From Lepidodermella squamata (lineage: Eukaryota > Animalia > Gastrotricha): 64,000 nucleotides of DNA. A program made the position numbers and the translations under genes. Every line of letters begins with the position of its first letter. The first letter of the stretch is position 1. This document shows positions 27,122 to 41,396 of this stretch, piece by piece. The notes under the pieces were generated by a model. That model did not search any database and had not been told where the DNA came from. It saw only the letters and a program-made list of their open reading frames with translations. The DNA lies in assembly GCA_047495785.1 (NCBI GenBank), contig JBLDXI010000020.1, forward strand, positions 310,001 through 374,000, given 5' to 3'.

Positions 27122-27547
27122 GTCGAAACCGTCCTATCGGCCCAGACGTTATACAGGCGAGATGCGTGTTTTTGTGCTTCAAAACAGCCGCGTGTGAAAA
27201 AGCTGACTTGGCTAAATACTGATCAAAATGCTGATTTTTGAAAACTGGTTCTAACTTATTTCTTTCCTCAGAATATCTAATAACGTGAGATTCCCCCAGG
27301 GTTAAGGGAGAGGCAACATGAAAATTCAATGTAGAGAGCACCTGATGCTGAAACTAGGATGTTTGAAAAATGTGCTGAAATCAGCTGGGCTGATAGGGCG
27401 ATTTCGACCACTTTTTGCACAGCCTAAACGGTGATGGATAGAGACAAGCGGGTTTCAAAATCGTGATCAGGGACCTCTAAAACTCCTAGAAATGTTGTCA
27501 ACTATTTTTTCTACCGGAGATAAATTATTCGGCCATGAAAGGGTTAA
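27122..27547. repeat. Probable DNA-transposon relic (internal inverted repeat, piggyBac-like right end)
   Basis: 24-bp inverted repeat 27122-27145 / 27385-27408 (21/24 match) and ...GAAAGGG-TTAA at 27537-27547; no matching left terminus found. Confidence 0.35.
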
Positions 27548-29826
27548 CTCTTCAAAAGCCACGAGCTGCCGCCTAATAATTCAATTTAAGGGTGTACATT
27601 TTTCTAACATCAATTTTGGGGTTTTCACCATCAAAATGGGGCTTTCGCCAACGAAACTGCAACCGCCATCATTTTAGATACTTTCGACAACAAAATGGAT
27701 TTTCTCTCCAACAATTCCGAAAATACCCGCCGATTTAATGGAAACAGTTGGAGTGTTAGCGAACCACGTGCCGTTTTTAGCGCAGATGAAGCAGACTTGA
27801 TTGGTTACTTATGGGCGGGAACTGAGAGCCAACATCTATCCCATAGGTACATGTTTTCAGCAATTGGGGAGGTTATGATCACCTCCGAGGTTCCGCCGAA
27901 CCTCCGCGATTATAAGTTGGAATAATATATATGACTTAAAAAATATAAAGCGTTGCTCAAAACAATATTTTCGACGTTCGACAGTTCGTGATGGAAGTAA
28001 AAAAATCATATTTAAAACATTGATTCCTCAAGTTTTCTTGATTTTATTTCGTTACAAGTGAACATTCTCGCGACTATGGTCAATTCCATCCTGGTAGAGT
28101 CAGCATAATAAACGTAAGGAGCTTGGCTGAACAAGGTTGGCTGCTAAGGTGTGCGAAAAAACCAAGCAAGAGCGCTTCCCTATCCCTGCTGTTATGAGGA
28201 ATGTATCTGACTCGGTTTGCCAGTGCCTCAACGAAATGTCAACGAGTCAACGAAATGCCAGCTGCGTAACATCAAGTCGACTCTATAATATATTTGCTTA
28301 GCACATTTTTTTAGGCGCCACCGATCGTTGATAAGAATCTCTTCCTAATCGACATACTTACTATTTTTGCCCTCTTTGCTATCGACCCGATGTTGCGATT
28401 TCATAGCATACTCCCAACTTCCCAGACCCATACCCAGACCGGCACCAAAATCGTTCACCGTGAGATCGAATCACCCTTGTTCACTAAAACTATTCGTGGA
28501 CACTACAAGTTTATGGCGAACAACTGTGAAGAGTTTGATGTTCACCGCTGTTCACAAAGTTTTATTTGGTAAACAATCTCATATATTTGTTCACCGATCT
28601 TAGTGCCGGACGACAGCGGAGATTTAGCGGGGAGAAAAACCGGACGACAAATTATTACCTATGTTGAAACCAGGTATCTCATATCTCATCTATATTCAAT
28701 CTATTCGAAATTCAAATTTTTGCAGATTATGCCACTAACTAGTATATGTAGGGCATAGCGAATGGAATTTGCAGTTCCTTCGTACATCACAAAATGCGCG
28801 TCCAAATATCTCGAGTATGATCAATTTTTTGGAAACTTGAGACTGCAGGATATGGTGAAAGTGACTCTTTCAAGGCATAACTTGAGTCTGCATCGTGAGA
28901 TTTGTAGTATGGCCATACTGATAGGTTGATGAAAAAATGTGGCCAATGGCCAAAAGTGTCATTACACGATCAAATCGATGATGAAATTGAAATGAAGAAA
29001 TCGACAATGTTGCTTCATTCGTCTTGATCGTAAGCGCTATCGAAATCTTCGAAGCCGAATTATCACGCCCGATAATTTTATGAATATATTTCCAATTCTG
29101 GATGCTGACCGGCATTACCTAATTATAACGACCTCGATACCTAGGAATGCAGCGCGTAAAAGCCCCTGAAGTTTCGTCTCGATAGAATCACCTCAGAGTT
29201 AGTTTCTTGCGTTCTCCATACATGAAACAAAAGGATCGTGAATCACTAAAATCATGAATTGATAACAATTAGTCTTTGTGAATCGCATAAGGGCGTTATG
29301 AGTTAGCGACTTAGTCCAATTCGAAGTTCAAAACAGTGCCATGCTTTATCAAGTTGAAAAAAATTATCATTACTCGCCGCGCGCGCACCTGTTTGCACCG
29401 TAAAAATTACACACGCGTACACATGAGAAAGGCGAATGAACGACGCACGTGCGTTCTCGCTTGGCGCTGACCAATCAGCGTGCAGCTAGGCGGCGCTTAG
29501 CGCAGTCAGCAAATCACAGCGCAGTGCAGCCGCACGCGCAGGCGCGCACATGCTTTTGTATATGTAGAATGCTTAGCAAAACATGGGCATGTGCGGCTCG
29601 TGATCGTATCTCGACAACTCACATTCTGTCTGTCATATAAATGAAACGAGCTGACAAGAGTACACCCACCTTCCACCCGTAGCCGCAAATTAGCCACTTC
29701 TTTTTGTCGCTGTATTTACCCAATTCGCTGAGACACTAGTCCCACGTTTAATTCGATTACTTATATTCCCCATGAAAGACCACACTCGCGATTTTGTTCG
29801 ATATAGGTTGACATTTTCATAAGAAA

Positions 29827-32800
29827 ATGAACACGATGGTTGTTGCAGATCAGCAACAGCAACAAAACGGGCCAACTTTTACGCCCCTATCTGCTGTCAA
29901 CAGCTCGATCGTCGACAGCTTCGTGCTTGCTCAGCAACAGCAGCAAAAGCCATGGGGCCAGTCGCCTACCCAGGCCGCCACTCCTGGTGCATCAGCTACC
30001 GCCAGTGCTCGAACGATCATGTTTGGCGGTTCCAACAACGGCTCAGCGCCTGGAAACCCTACAAGTAAGTCATGATTTTCTTTCAATTTTGATATTTTTT
30101 CATCTTTTATTTTTCATTTAGAACTTTCTTTACCTATATGCTCGGGCTGTGGCCAACCGATATTAGATAAATACGTTTTACATGTTGCACCTGATTCGAC
30201 ATGGCACGCTGACTGGTAAGTCAGCTGACCCCTTTTTTGTCGCTGATTTCATGATACCTTGTTTTTTAATGCAACTAGCTTACGTTGCGCGGAATGTAGT
30301 CAACCACTTGACGAGACGTGTACTTGCTACGTTCGAAATGGCCTGGCTTACTGCAAAAACGATTACGCCAAGTAAGTTCACTTTATTTTAGTTTCCTCGG
30401 TTATTTGAATCCACGTTGGCGCAATCCTCATTCGGGTGAAATTTTGCTCACCGGCGGCTGTTCGCAGAGGCGGGCGCTGCGCCAGGAAGCAGTCCAAGGG
30501 GGCTGAACAGCGCGCGATCGTCTGCCGTTTCCTTCCTTTGTGCCTTGGCGCTGCTGTAACCCGAGTCGGCGCAGCTGCGCCTCGGAAAACAAGCGGGCGC
30601 ATGTTGTTGTTTTGTTGTTTGCGCTGGCAACGCGTGTCGACTTCGACGCGGCTGCGTGTTTTTTTCTGGCGACACGCGCCTCGCGTCTCGTGTCGCGTCG
30701 ATCGACGACATCGGCGACGAGCCACTGAGCAGCCACCGGGGATTCATCGCCAGCGCCGCCTGTCGCGCATCGCTCGGCACAACATCATCGGCGTCGCGTG
30801 TTTTGCCGCCGCTCGCACCCGGGCTCATCGATGGGCATTTGAAGCTTCGAAAAAGATAGCGCTACTTGCGCGTATGTGTATGTTCGCGCGCATCTGCTGC
30901 CGATGCTGCTGCTGCTGCTGCTGATAGTTGAATTATTAAATTTTCTTCGATCACACGCGTCGCAGAGAGACAGCTCCACCCGCGACAAATCGCACGTACG
31001 CCACGAGCTGCCGCCGTTTGACGATCGGGACGGCAATTGCAATGCCCGCGGGATTTGCTGATTTTCAAATCTGCGGCTATGCACACTGATTTCTGCAGCA
31101 GCAGCAGCAGTAGCGATCTTCGTCGTCATCGTCGTCGTCGCAGCAGCAGCATCGTCAACAATCGCGCCACATGCGCGGCTAATAACTCATAACGTTCCGT
31201 CGGCAAAGCGTGTTCTGCACTGAGAAAAATTGAACGTAAAATTTAAGGCGCAGACTAGACCACCTTTTGCATTCGAGGAAAACTCAATTTTTAGGGACGA
31301 GAAATTGAAATTTTAAATGACACCATTTTTATTCATCTCTTTCCAGGCTGTTCGGAACACGATGTGCGCGGTGCCAAAAATCATTTTCGCGCCTCGATTC
31401 AATCATGCGAGTTCGTTCAGCGTCAAGTGGAGGAAACGTTATGTTTCACACGGATTGCTTTATGTGTTACGCCTGCGGATGTCCTTTACTACCCGGCACC
31501 CGTTTCGCCCTTCTCGGTGGCCCGGCGCCGCCAGAAGCTGGCAACCCAGGCGACGTAGCTCTTCTGTTGTGCGAGCGCGACTTCGACGAGCGACCACAGT
31601 ACGCCGCGCGTATGGGCCGACCCGTCGGTGACTCGCCGATGATCGAAAATCACCACCCGTTCGGATTCATGCCGCCACCGCCTATGCACATGACACCAGC
31701 GCCGGGCGCCGATGGCATCGTCATGCTGGATGGCGCGCCCGGGCAGCCGGGCCTGCTCAACCTGGATGCGATGGAAGCGCTGGGCCAGCGGTCGGCAATG
31801 TCGGCGCATCACGGCGGCAACGCGCCAGTGCCGGCAAGCGGCAAGCACCACGGCAGCAGCACTGGCGAGCACAAAGGTGAGTGTAAAGGGTGCAAGCTGG
31901 CGAACAGCAGGCAACAGTTTTTATGGCACTTGCGCGACAAGTGCCCTCACGACTTGCATGCGACGACTTATTTACTCGAAGCGCGCTCAGGTGGGAAATT
32001 TTTGCACTGGCCCGCGTGGCGGCGTCATTCACGCGACTTTATTAGCCACTCGTTGCCGCGGCCGGCTTCCGCGATGCGCGCTTCGCTGTCTCTTTCGGTT
32101 TCCTGCGAACGTGACGGAGCGCTGCGAGTGTTGCCAAGCGGGATCGGCCGCGTTGAGAGACCCATCGCGGCCACCGTAAACATGCGCGGCGTGCGGCCAT
32201 GCAGGTATAGGCAGTATCATGTTGCGAATGTTTATCAACATACCACCACGGCCGCGCTGCGCAGGCATGCCCTGTGAAATGTCTTGCCGGCCCCGCGAGC
32301 CACAACACCTCGGTGTGTTATTGCTAGTGATCAGTGCTGTGGCTCGAACCGGCTTACCTGGCTGTAATAGCAACTCGTTAGCTGCGGCTCAGCATTCTTG
32401 CAGTAGGCGGATCTGTCGGCAGGGTGCGCTCGTTTTCGCATTTCTGCCCGACTCGCGCGCGCTCCCGCACCTTGTTCTGCGTCGTTTCTTCCACGCCTGC
32501 GCGCGCTTCATCTTCGCGTTCATGGTTGCTGGGCCGCTTCTTCGAACGCTCGACAAATCGCAGACGCCGCGGCGCCATTATTATATTATTGTTGTTGATG
32601 TTACACGCTGCGTTATTGGCCCTTATTTATCGATCGCGAACATGATGAGCAGGAAAGCAAAACAAACACGAGATATCATAATCATATCGTACCGATGATT
32701 TCTGTATGTGGGCCACCCAGCAGCCGCCCCGATTAAAACAATAACCCTAATCACCGCATGCCGACTGCTCGATGACTGACGCGTGTTTAGACTCGTCCGT

Positions 32801-35008
32801 AATTTATGGTTGCCAGCAAGTCTAGCCTCATCAAATCGCAACACTAGCCAGAAATGAAAAATAATATAACTGTGTGTAAAATGATTCACATCGATTACAA
32901 TTAATGTCGATAGATAATTAATAAGAAAAGATTGGGAAAATCACTACTATTATAATCTATTTCTTAATTCTTATTATAGTCTGCGAGAAATCGTCATCGG
33001 TCTCAAGCTGCGGCAGTGGTAGCACTGGCGGAAATGGTGGAAAGCCGCAAATGGGTTCAGGCGGGCGGAGTCGTGAATCTAAGACAACTCGAGTTCGAAC
33101 TGTCCTCAACGAAAAACAACTAAACACCCTGAGGGCTTGTTACGCGGCGAACCCTCGGCCCGATGCGTTGATGAAGGAGCAATTGGTCGAAATGACCGGT
33201 CTATCGCCTCGTGTAATTCGCGTCTGGTTTCAAAACAAGCGTTGCAAGGACAAGAAAAAGAGCATGCTTATGAAGCTGCAGGCGCAACACATGTCGAGTT
33301 CGGACAAGGTAACTTTTTCATCATTTTACGTCCATTTTTCGGTCAGTATTATCGCCGGCGCTGTTCACTTGTTATGCTGGCACCTGCGACTTTTTGGCGC
33401 TGTTATTTGTTATATTGTTGGTTGTAAATTCCGGAAGTAGCCATGGGAGAGAAGCCGGGGGTGGCCAGGCAGGCTTCTGCGGCCGCGCAGGTCGGCGATA
33501 AGCACGTGGAAAAGCGGGCCGAGTCGCAACAATAACACGCCTATCAAGCCACGAACCCAAGAAGGCGCGGCGCAGTGACGCCGCGGGCACAGCGGCGGCG
33601 GCGTTATCGGCCGCTTCTCACGCTGGCGACGCAAAATAACGGCAGCGAGCGCACGTGGCACGGTGCGGCTTTTTTAGCGAGCGTGTGTCTCTGTTACACT
33701 AGTGGTGTGACAAGGCGACAAGACAAATCGAATCACGCGGGTGAAGATGTAAAGTTGTAAGGGGTGTCATCAGGGATTAGGACACCGGCAGCTGAGGCTT
33801 AACAGCTGCGGCGGTTGGTGGCGATTTCACGAGTGAACGGCGCCGAGTTGCCAGCGAGCGCCCTCTAATTTTATTAATCTCAGCCATCACGTGTCATTTT
33901 TACAACGCCTCAATTATTACATGATGATTTTCTATGTTTTCCAGGTCGCGGCGCTGCAGTCGGCGATGCCGATCATTGCGCAGGACGCGATGCCGCACTC
34001 GGGCGAGTCGCCGATGCACGGCTCCGAGGTGGCGATCCACGCCTTCTCGCAATCGGCGTGGAAGTCGCTGGCCGACTTTGCGATGAACGCAGACATCGAA
34101 CCTTCTCAGTCGTTCCAACAATTCGTAAGTGTTGTTTCCGCTTCTAATGTGATGATACACGCGCCTGTTTGCCGACGCGGTGTTTTCTTGCCGCCGTGTT
34201 TTGCGCATCGCGCTCTCCATGCCAGTAATAGACGTCGCTGAGAAGTCGCGATGCAAAACAAGTAGCGCCAAGTTGGGTCATCAGCGCACTGTATCGTTTC
34301 TTGGCGGCATGTTTTCGCCGCTGCTTAGCGCCCGTATCATTGCTGCTTAGACGCGTCGCGGCGTGCGTCTATTATTTGCCTTGACACGCCTTCTTGTGCA
34401 CGGCCTCGAACGCGTCGCATCGCATTCGTGCGGCACCGTACGATGGCTCATCGAGACTCGACACAAGCCGCGCCTCGCTGCGGAAGCTGACGGGCACGAT
34501 TGCGCGGCAAATATTTACGCAATCCGCACCTGCGAGCGCGCTACTCAAATACGCCCGGCGCAGTAGGCAGCGCGTAACCGCTACATGATGAACCTATGAG
34601 TCTACCTATCTATCAACGAACAATCAGGTGAACGCAGTAAAAAAAGCACATGATGAATAGAATCCCCCGCTTTGGAACCGCAGAATAATAATTGATCGAG
34701 AACAAAAAAATGAAAGAATGCCGAACTAAAAAAAATTTTGATCTCAGGTAAACGGAGTTGATGGTAACGGATCGAAAGGCATGCATCATTTGAGGCATCA
34801 CCGGTCGCTTCACAGCAACAACAGCCACAACCATACCACATCGGATGGCATATCGGACGGTGACGATGACGACGACATTGACGAAGATGAAGTTTTGGCT
34901 GATGATGATGACGACATGATTATGATGGGCAGCGGCTCCGGTTCAGGGATGGGCGGCGGCTGCTCGTCCACCTCTCCCACCTCGGCTGCCGTGTGCAATC
35001 GGCTATGA
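29827..35008 (+). CDS. ISL: Islet-class LIM-homeodomain transcription factor
   Basis: About 7 exons: LIM1 ([55 protein letters not shown]), LIM2, homeodomain [59 protein letters not shown] (Islet-diagnostic), Lhx3-binding-like [19 protein letters not shown], last exon 34748-35008. Confidence 0.95.
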
Positions 35009-37713
35009 GAAAGCGATGCCTTTCCCACAGCCTACCTTTTATATCCCGGAAAAGCCCTCTGAGAAAAAACTCAAACGCAGTTTGATTGAAGATTTCTCAT
35101 CAATCTCACCAAACTATCTTGTAGGAATACAGAAATGATACATATTGCCATCTCTAAGTATAAAAATGGTTCGCATATTATTTATCACCATCAATTTTCA
35201 TGATGCATAAACAGAGCCTGGATTTGCGCGGTTCATATTAGCTACCTAATATTTTAACCATACACCTTAATTATTTATTATTTGGTCTGACATATACGGT
35301 ATATGTGTATTTATATTTCGTGGTGTTGTGAAATTTCGAATGTATCATTTCTCGCGCGATTTCCTCGGTACTGCTAGTCACCTGTAGAAGAAGCTATTTC
35401 TTTTTATAAGTAACGAACGTACTTATATTCACGTACCCAGCTAACATCTTCGTGTCGCTTTCTTCTCCTCACTCTTGTTTGACGTTTATTTCCCTTCCCG
35501 CAGCGACAATCATGTTCTCTTTGATGGAACGCTGAATAACAAAAAATCGTAGCATTTTCGTGATAGATACCCGAATCGACATTCTTCTGTTGTATGCAAA
35601 GTGTCAATGACGTCAACTTGAAAAAATGTATGAAATTTCCTGCGAAGACCACGCTGCCTGAAGCAGATGAAAGATTATTAATTTCAATCAAACGTCATAG
35701 ATCGGTATCTTTCAACCGAGAATGACCTTATGTACATATCTTCAGTATGTTATGATGATATTTCTGATTCGGTTGTAAATACCTGGCCACGACTTGAGAA
35801 TGACGTAAGATAATTATCTCGAAAAATATCGTTATAATTTTGTCAATATTATATTTCGGAAAGCTTGAATATCGAATTTTTCTCAAGTTTTTTCAGTTGC
35901 AGTAGTTTAATAATTATTATCATCAAAAACAACGATTCCACCCCGTGTGTCGCTCTGGATTGGTAGACGAGATGAATATTATTCTATTATATGATGGAAA
36001 ATTGAAAATATTGTCTGCTTATTTAGCATACATGATTTAAAAAGTATTATCATCAGTTGCGAAATTCATGTCTGTGCTCATATTGTTGTTTGTTCGGAGC
36101 CCAATAGAGGGGCTCCAATGGTTTGGCGTGAATTTCGGATAAAAAAGTATAAATCGGATGACTTATTATAACGCGTATTAAACTGAGCGAAAAGGCGCGC
36201 ACAATTTATTTTGCACCAATACTGACGTGTCAGCTCGATGAAAAAAGATGATGAACATGTGTATAATGCGAGAATAACAATAAATAAATCGGAGAAAGAT
36301 TGATTACGCGTTTGTTATTTCACCTTTACCTGTGGCAATTAATTGCTGGCATGTTTATTTTCTTAACAATTACAGCTCGCGGTCGAGGCCCATTTCAGCG
36401 GTTCTAAAAATAAACGATTATCTAGGCTTAATTGCGCCGGATCCTCACATTTGTATATCGCCGTCAAATTTTACGCTGCTTCCGCACGGCTTTCTTTCCT
36501 TCTTTCAATGTTTTGGGGATTTTCTGCAATTCCATCCTCTTTTCACACCGAGCGAGGGAAAATTGAAGAGGCGGCGAGGAGACGCATTTTCTTTCCATCG
36601 AAAACAGTTCAAATTTTCAATTTTACAAATGGATGTGCACACGCGTGGCTGCCGACAAAGAGCGCCGATGCGGCGTCTTAGATATTAATACACTAGACTC
36701 TCAACCGTGATTGCTGATATTCATAATGAAATGAACACTGTCGCCGAATCACGAGTGCGGATGCGATGTATTTAGTCGAAAGGCGAGCGATGTACGCGGT
36801 GTCTTCCTTCTCTCCCTTCTCTGTGGCCGCTCTTCATCGCCGCTAATGGATGGCGGATCGATGATGCGGTTGGCTTCGAAGACGCGCGGAAGTTTGCAGT
36901 TCGGCCGGATGTTGGCGCGAACCAGCAGCTTTGTTCCGCCCGCGATGCGCCGCGGTCATTAGGCTTGGTTAAAAGCGCAAACAAGCGCTTCATTTAACTG
37001 TATGAATTCAATCAGGCATCAGGCAGCAGCACCAGCAGCAGCAGCATGTTTGACGAGCTCGTCGTCGCTTTCCGCTTCGACGGATGCTGCGATCCGCCCT
37101 TTTGGCCCTCACGCCGACGGTTAGCTCAGGCATCGTCATCGCGGGCATCGTCGAGTGTGCGTGCGATGCGCGCTCTCCACGCCGTCGACGCTTAATTGAC
37201 GGCCACGCGCTCGGTTCAAGAGCGCGCGAGGAATTTGTTTACATTTCAGGCGATTTTTTACATCGCCGTGTTCCCACAATCAGCACGCGAGAAAAGAACT
37301 TGTCCTCGAGAGTTGTTCGCACGTGAAACCTCGGTGTAGAGTGTCTAACAAAAACAAAAACAACGATTTTGTCGCAGCGTTGCGCAACGTTTGCCGAGAG
37401 CCACCTGCGCCAAACCGCCAAAGCGCTTCACGGCAAACAGGCGCGCACCTGCCTGCCTTCGGGCTACAGCAGCGGTTTGACACGCGTAACCGATATACTA
37501 GTCGGCAGCTAATAAACAAATAATATAACATCAAAGCCTTTTTATTTTGCGGTTTAATAATAAACTGACGGTGCGGTGTATTACGGGAAATCACTTACAT
37601 CACATGAAAAGCAATTGAAATAAAAAATTCAAATTCTCAGAATTGAATCGCATTAGAGGTCATCTTAAGTTTATGAAAAATATTCCCGGAAAAATCGAAC
37701 GCCGTGTATTACT

Positions 37714-40700
37714 TTACTTAAGCGGTCCTGTGAAACGCAGAATGTCATGATAATGTATGGCTGACGTTGAAACTACTTGAACTTACTGCAATAACCGTAG
37801 TTGCTTGACAAGGTATCGCGGTCCTCGGGACATTGGTAGCACAGCATATCCCGCTGGCACAGCCCGCCCTGATCGACGACACTAATCGCAGGTGATGTCC
37901 GCTGCTGAGACAGGCGGAGCGAACACATTCGCAGCGCGCCCGATCGAGTAGTCGAGCTAACCATGTCTGAAATGAAAAAATTGTTGGTGATTTAAGGCTG
38001 ATGCGCTCATAAGTTAAAATCGATCGACACTAAAAAGTTTGCAATTGTGGTAAAGGATTAATTTAAACTGACTGTCCAGGCAAATGTTGGCGGACAGCTT
38101 ATTGCGGCTGGTCGAGTTCCAACGGGTGACTTCAGCTACGTAAGACTTGCTCTGCCGACAGCCGCAAGATCCAGCGCTTTGCCTGGCCGGGATGTTGCAA
38201 ACAGCCTGGCCAAACGCGGCGTAGCCACCCTGGTCACATTGGGTGTCGTTTGTGCAGCGATCGCCAAAAACTCGCCGGCGACACGCGGAAAAAGCGTAGT
38301 CATAGACGTCAGCGTCATCGGGACATCCGCAAGTCATATTGTCGCTATCTTCGTTGGTGCGGCAGACCAAAGGCATGCGACATACATCGCGTATAGGATC
38401 GACACAGGGCTGGCCGTACTCGCGCAAACGCGTCACAGCATTCAGCTGGCAAGAACCATTTTTCGACTGAAATCATCGGGTGAATGAATGATCAAAAGGA
38501 AAACTCAAAGGCAACTTACAATATACGGATAGTTACACTCGACTCGGCCGAAATAACAACCAGCATTGGCTGGATAGACTGTATTTGTGGTAGATAAGCT
38601 ACACCATTGGCCCAAAACTGCGGTTTTAAATGGTCGGCAAAGCTGGTTCACATCAAGGCCATAGCCGGGCTGGCAAACGCAATAGCCTTGCTGGCACTCA
38701 TACGTGCTATTTGCGAATTCAGGCGTCGCAGTTTTCGAAGATTTCGAACATTGCTGGTAAACGCTACAATCGGAATCTTGCGAACAGGGTCGCCCGACGG
38801 TGCTTGATTCGATGATATCAGACCCTCGAAGGACGTATGGATCTAAAGGGAACTCAGAATAGCGAGTAATAGGAATTTGGGCAAGTTCGAACCTTCGCTC
38901 GATCCGCCATACATATCCAACCCAGTCGCCGATAGCATGTTCAAAGTTCGGCAGCTTCCGCTTGACAAAACAGCTGCCGTTTGCTTAGCGCTGCTGTCAA
39001 CCGTTGATGGGCATCTAAAACAGAACAGGCCATCGCGGCAAAGCTGTGCGCCAGCCCGAGGATCAATCAGTGCCGAGCACGACCCGGTAAGTGATGACAC
39101 CAATGTCGTATCTGAAATCATTTGAAATTGTTATTCAATTCCGGTGATATTTCGATTTCATACTTTCGTTAACACAGACGGTTTGCCGATAGAGAGTAGC
39201 GGCGCCCAAAGCATTCGACATCGCACCCCCTGGACCAAGAGATTCGCGCTGCATCAGTATGAGTTGTAATGTGCGGAATGGCCGGTATCCAGTCTGGCAG
39301 AGGCATAGGCCCTTGTTGCAGATGACGCCGGCTAGGGGATAGCCGCGACAGTCCGTGTTGACGCGGCAAATTTCGCCGTAGTCAGAAACTTGGCAAGCCG
39401 AGCCGTCCCACATTCCGATCGAGCACCAGCATCGAGTGGTTGAGTCAGGACCGTCGCGCCACGGTTCCGCGCTAGCTGGCGGCAGGCAATCCAAGCCTGC
39501 TGCTGAATCGCATTCGGTTTTCGTATCAGTAACCGAACATATTTGGCCGTATGTTAGAATTGTTATCGCCAAAACACATTGTGTATCGTATTTCTACAAA
39601 AATATAGCTATAAAACTGGACTGGTAAATGAGCCTGCGCTTTACCGGATCCTGAACAAATTTCGGAGAATCGCAGACGACTTTTCCGTTTTCACAGGCCG
39701 TCCCAGGTGGTAGGATTTCGAAGATCGGATTCGTACACTTGTCACCGACAAGCAAATGACGAATGGGTTTGCAAGTCCCGTTCGTGTCAGGCTCATTTCC
39801 ATGTCGGCAAACACCTGTAGAAATTCAAAAGCTCAAATATTTCGCGATAAAATAACGCATGATTCCTACAAATAGCTGCCGAGCAAGGAGGATGGATCGT
39901 GTTCACCAGGTCAATTAAACAATAAGATGTCTCGTGGCAATCAGCGTCGGTCCAGCAATCTATAATTAGAAGGACGGAATATTTGCTTATTCATTTCTTT
40001 TGAGATTTTACTGTCTCCGAATTTTCCTTTCCAAGTTCCGTTTCCTTGTGGTGGCATCGGCGTAACCGGTTCGACCCTGGTGACAGTCGATGGTTCAGGT
40101 GGCCGGCTCGTAGTTGTTGGAGCAGTGCTGCTCGTAAAATACTGCCAAAACACATCGAGAAGCGGTGCCGGAACTGGTGGCGGGTTGGAAATTTTGTCTG
40201 AGAAAGAAAAAGTAATAGTACCCATTTCGGAAATTATGAGCATTCAAAGAAACTAACAACATCTTCCCGTTGTTGCGTTATTTATCGTGGATGGATCACC
40301 CGGGCATCGATGGCAAACCGAAGTGTACCAGCAGTATCGAATAGGCGAAGTCGACGTAGCTCCAACAGCTGCCGCTTCACTATCGGGAACTACTACACAT
40401 GGCTGCCCGGGTTCAGATGGAGCAGATACAGCTGAAATTCATAATGTTCGCACAAGTTTCACGCAAATTTCACGCAACCTACAGTCATCCAGACACATCA
40501 ACCGGTATTTGATCGTGCTTTGCGATGTTCCCTGATCAGGGGAAGCTGGAACCTTTGAAGCTAATACTCTCGCGACTAGATTCTTTTGACAAACACATCT
40601 GCCAGTGTCACATATCATTCCTGTTGAAGAGAAGCCGCCAGGGGAGGTGCAGTCAGCATCTCGAAGGCAAGGGTCGCCGTAAAAACCTGGTAAATATATA

Positions 40701-41396
40701 TCCTTGAAGTAGTTGGTAAAGTCTGAAGCCCTAACTAACGCTCTAGGGTGCAGCGACCGTCTCGCCAGACTGCCTTTATATCGGCACAAGCGCATTTGTT
40801 TATGAGTTTAGAGCACTGAAGGCCAAGGTTCGCATCGCACCAATTAAGGGTTGTGTTGCAGGTTTCGCCAAAAGTTCGCACTGGCAACTTGTACTTGCAA
40901 CCAGGAGGTTGGGAAGTAGCTGAGTACTGCATATTCTCCGGGCAAACCACCCTGGTACCGGTTGCATCGGTAAGCGGCCGACAAGCTGCTTTGTAAGGGT
41001 ACCGTTCCGAAGCTATGCCAGAGCATTTATCGCCGACATTTAAATCAACGTCTAAACAAAGTAGCGCCGAAGTTGGGAATGGGAGATAAACGTTAATCGA
41101 ACTCACAAGGGACGCATGCGTTGTCTTGATAGGCGAACTCTGGTTTGCAAGTGCAAGCTCCAATGCTGCACGTTGGTTTTTCATAAATGGCATCTGAAGC
41201 GAATTCGCAGTAGGAGTTGCCACTTGGAGCGTTGGCTTCACAATCCGCGTTTGCCGCACATGCTGAAAAATATGGTATCACAACATCTATTCCTGAGTTA
41301 ATTTGACGGCTTACAAAGGACAAAGTCAGTTCGTGACTTTTGCACGAAACTCAGAAGTAGACATAACAGCCATAAGCTCCTCAAGGGGCTGCTCAT
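37714..41396 (-). CDS. Large secreted cysteine-rich repeat protein (EB/EGF-like modules), multi-exon
   Basis: Signal-peptide exon 41396-41315 (MSSPLRSLWLLCLLLSFVQKSRT), then many Cys-rich exons with recurring YG/FG-x2-C-x2-[ND]-xDC...C-x2-G-xC-xC and C-x4-5-C-[FYH]-[RQ]-CP motifs; final exon 37727-37714. Internal exon boundaries only partly traced. Confidence 0.75.

Noticed and set aside
30378-30924. Many overlapping ORFs on both strands in Islet intron 3 (similarly 31900-32900, 33370-33760)
   Set aside because: GC-rich intronic sequence with few stops; Arg/Ala-rich translations without motifs.
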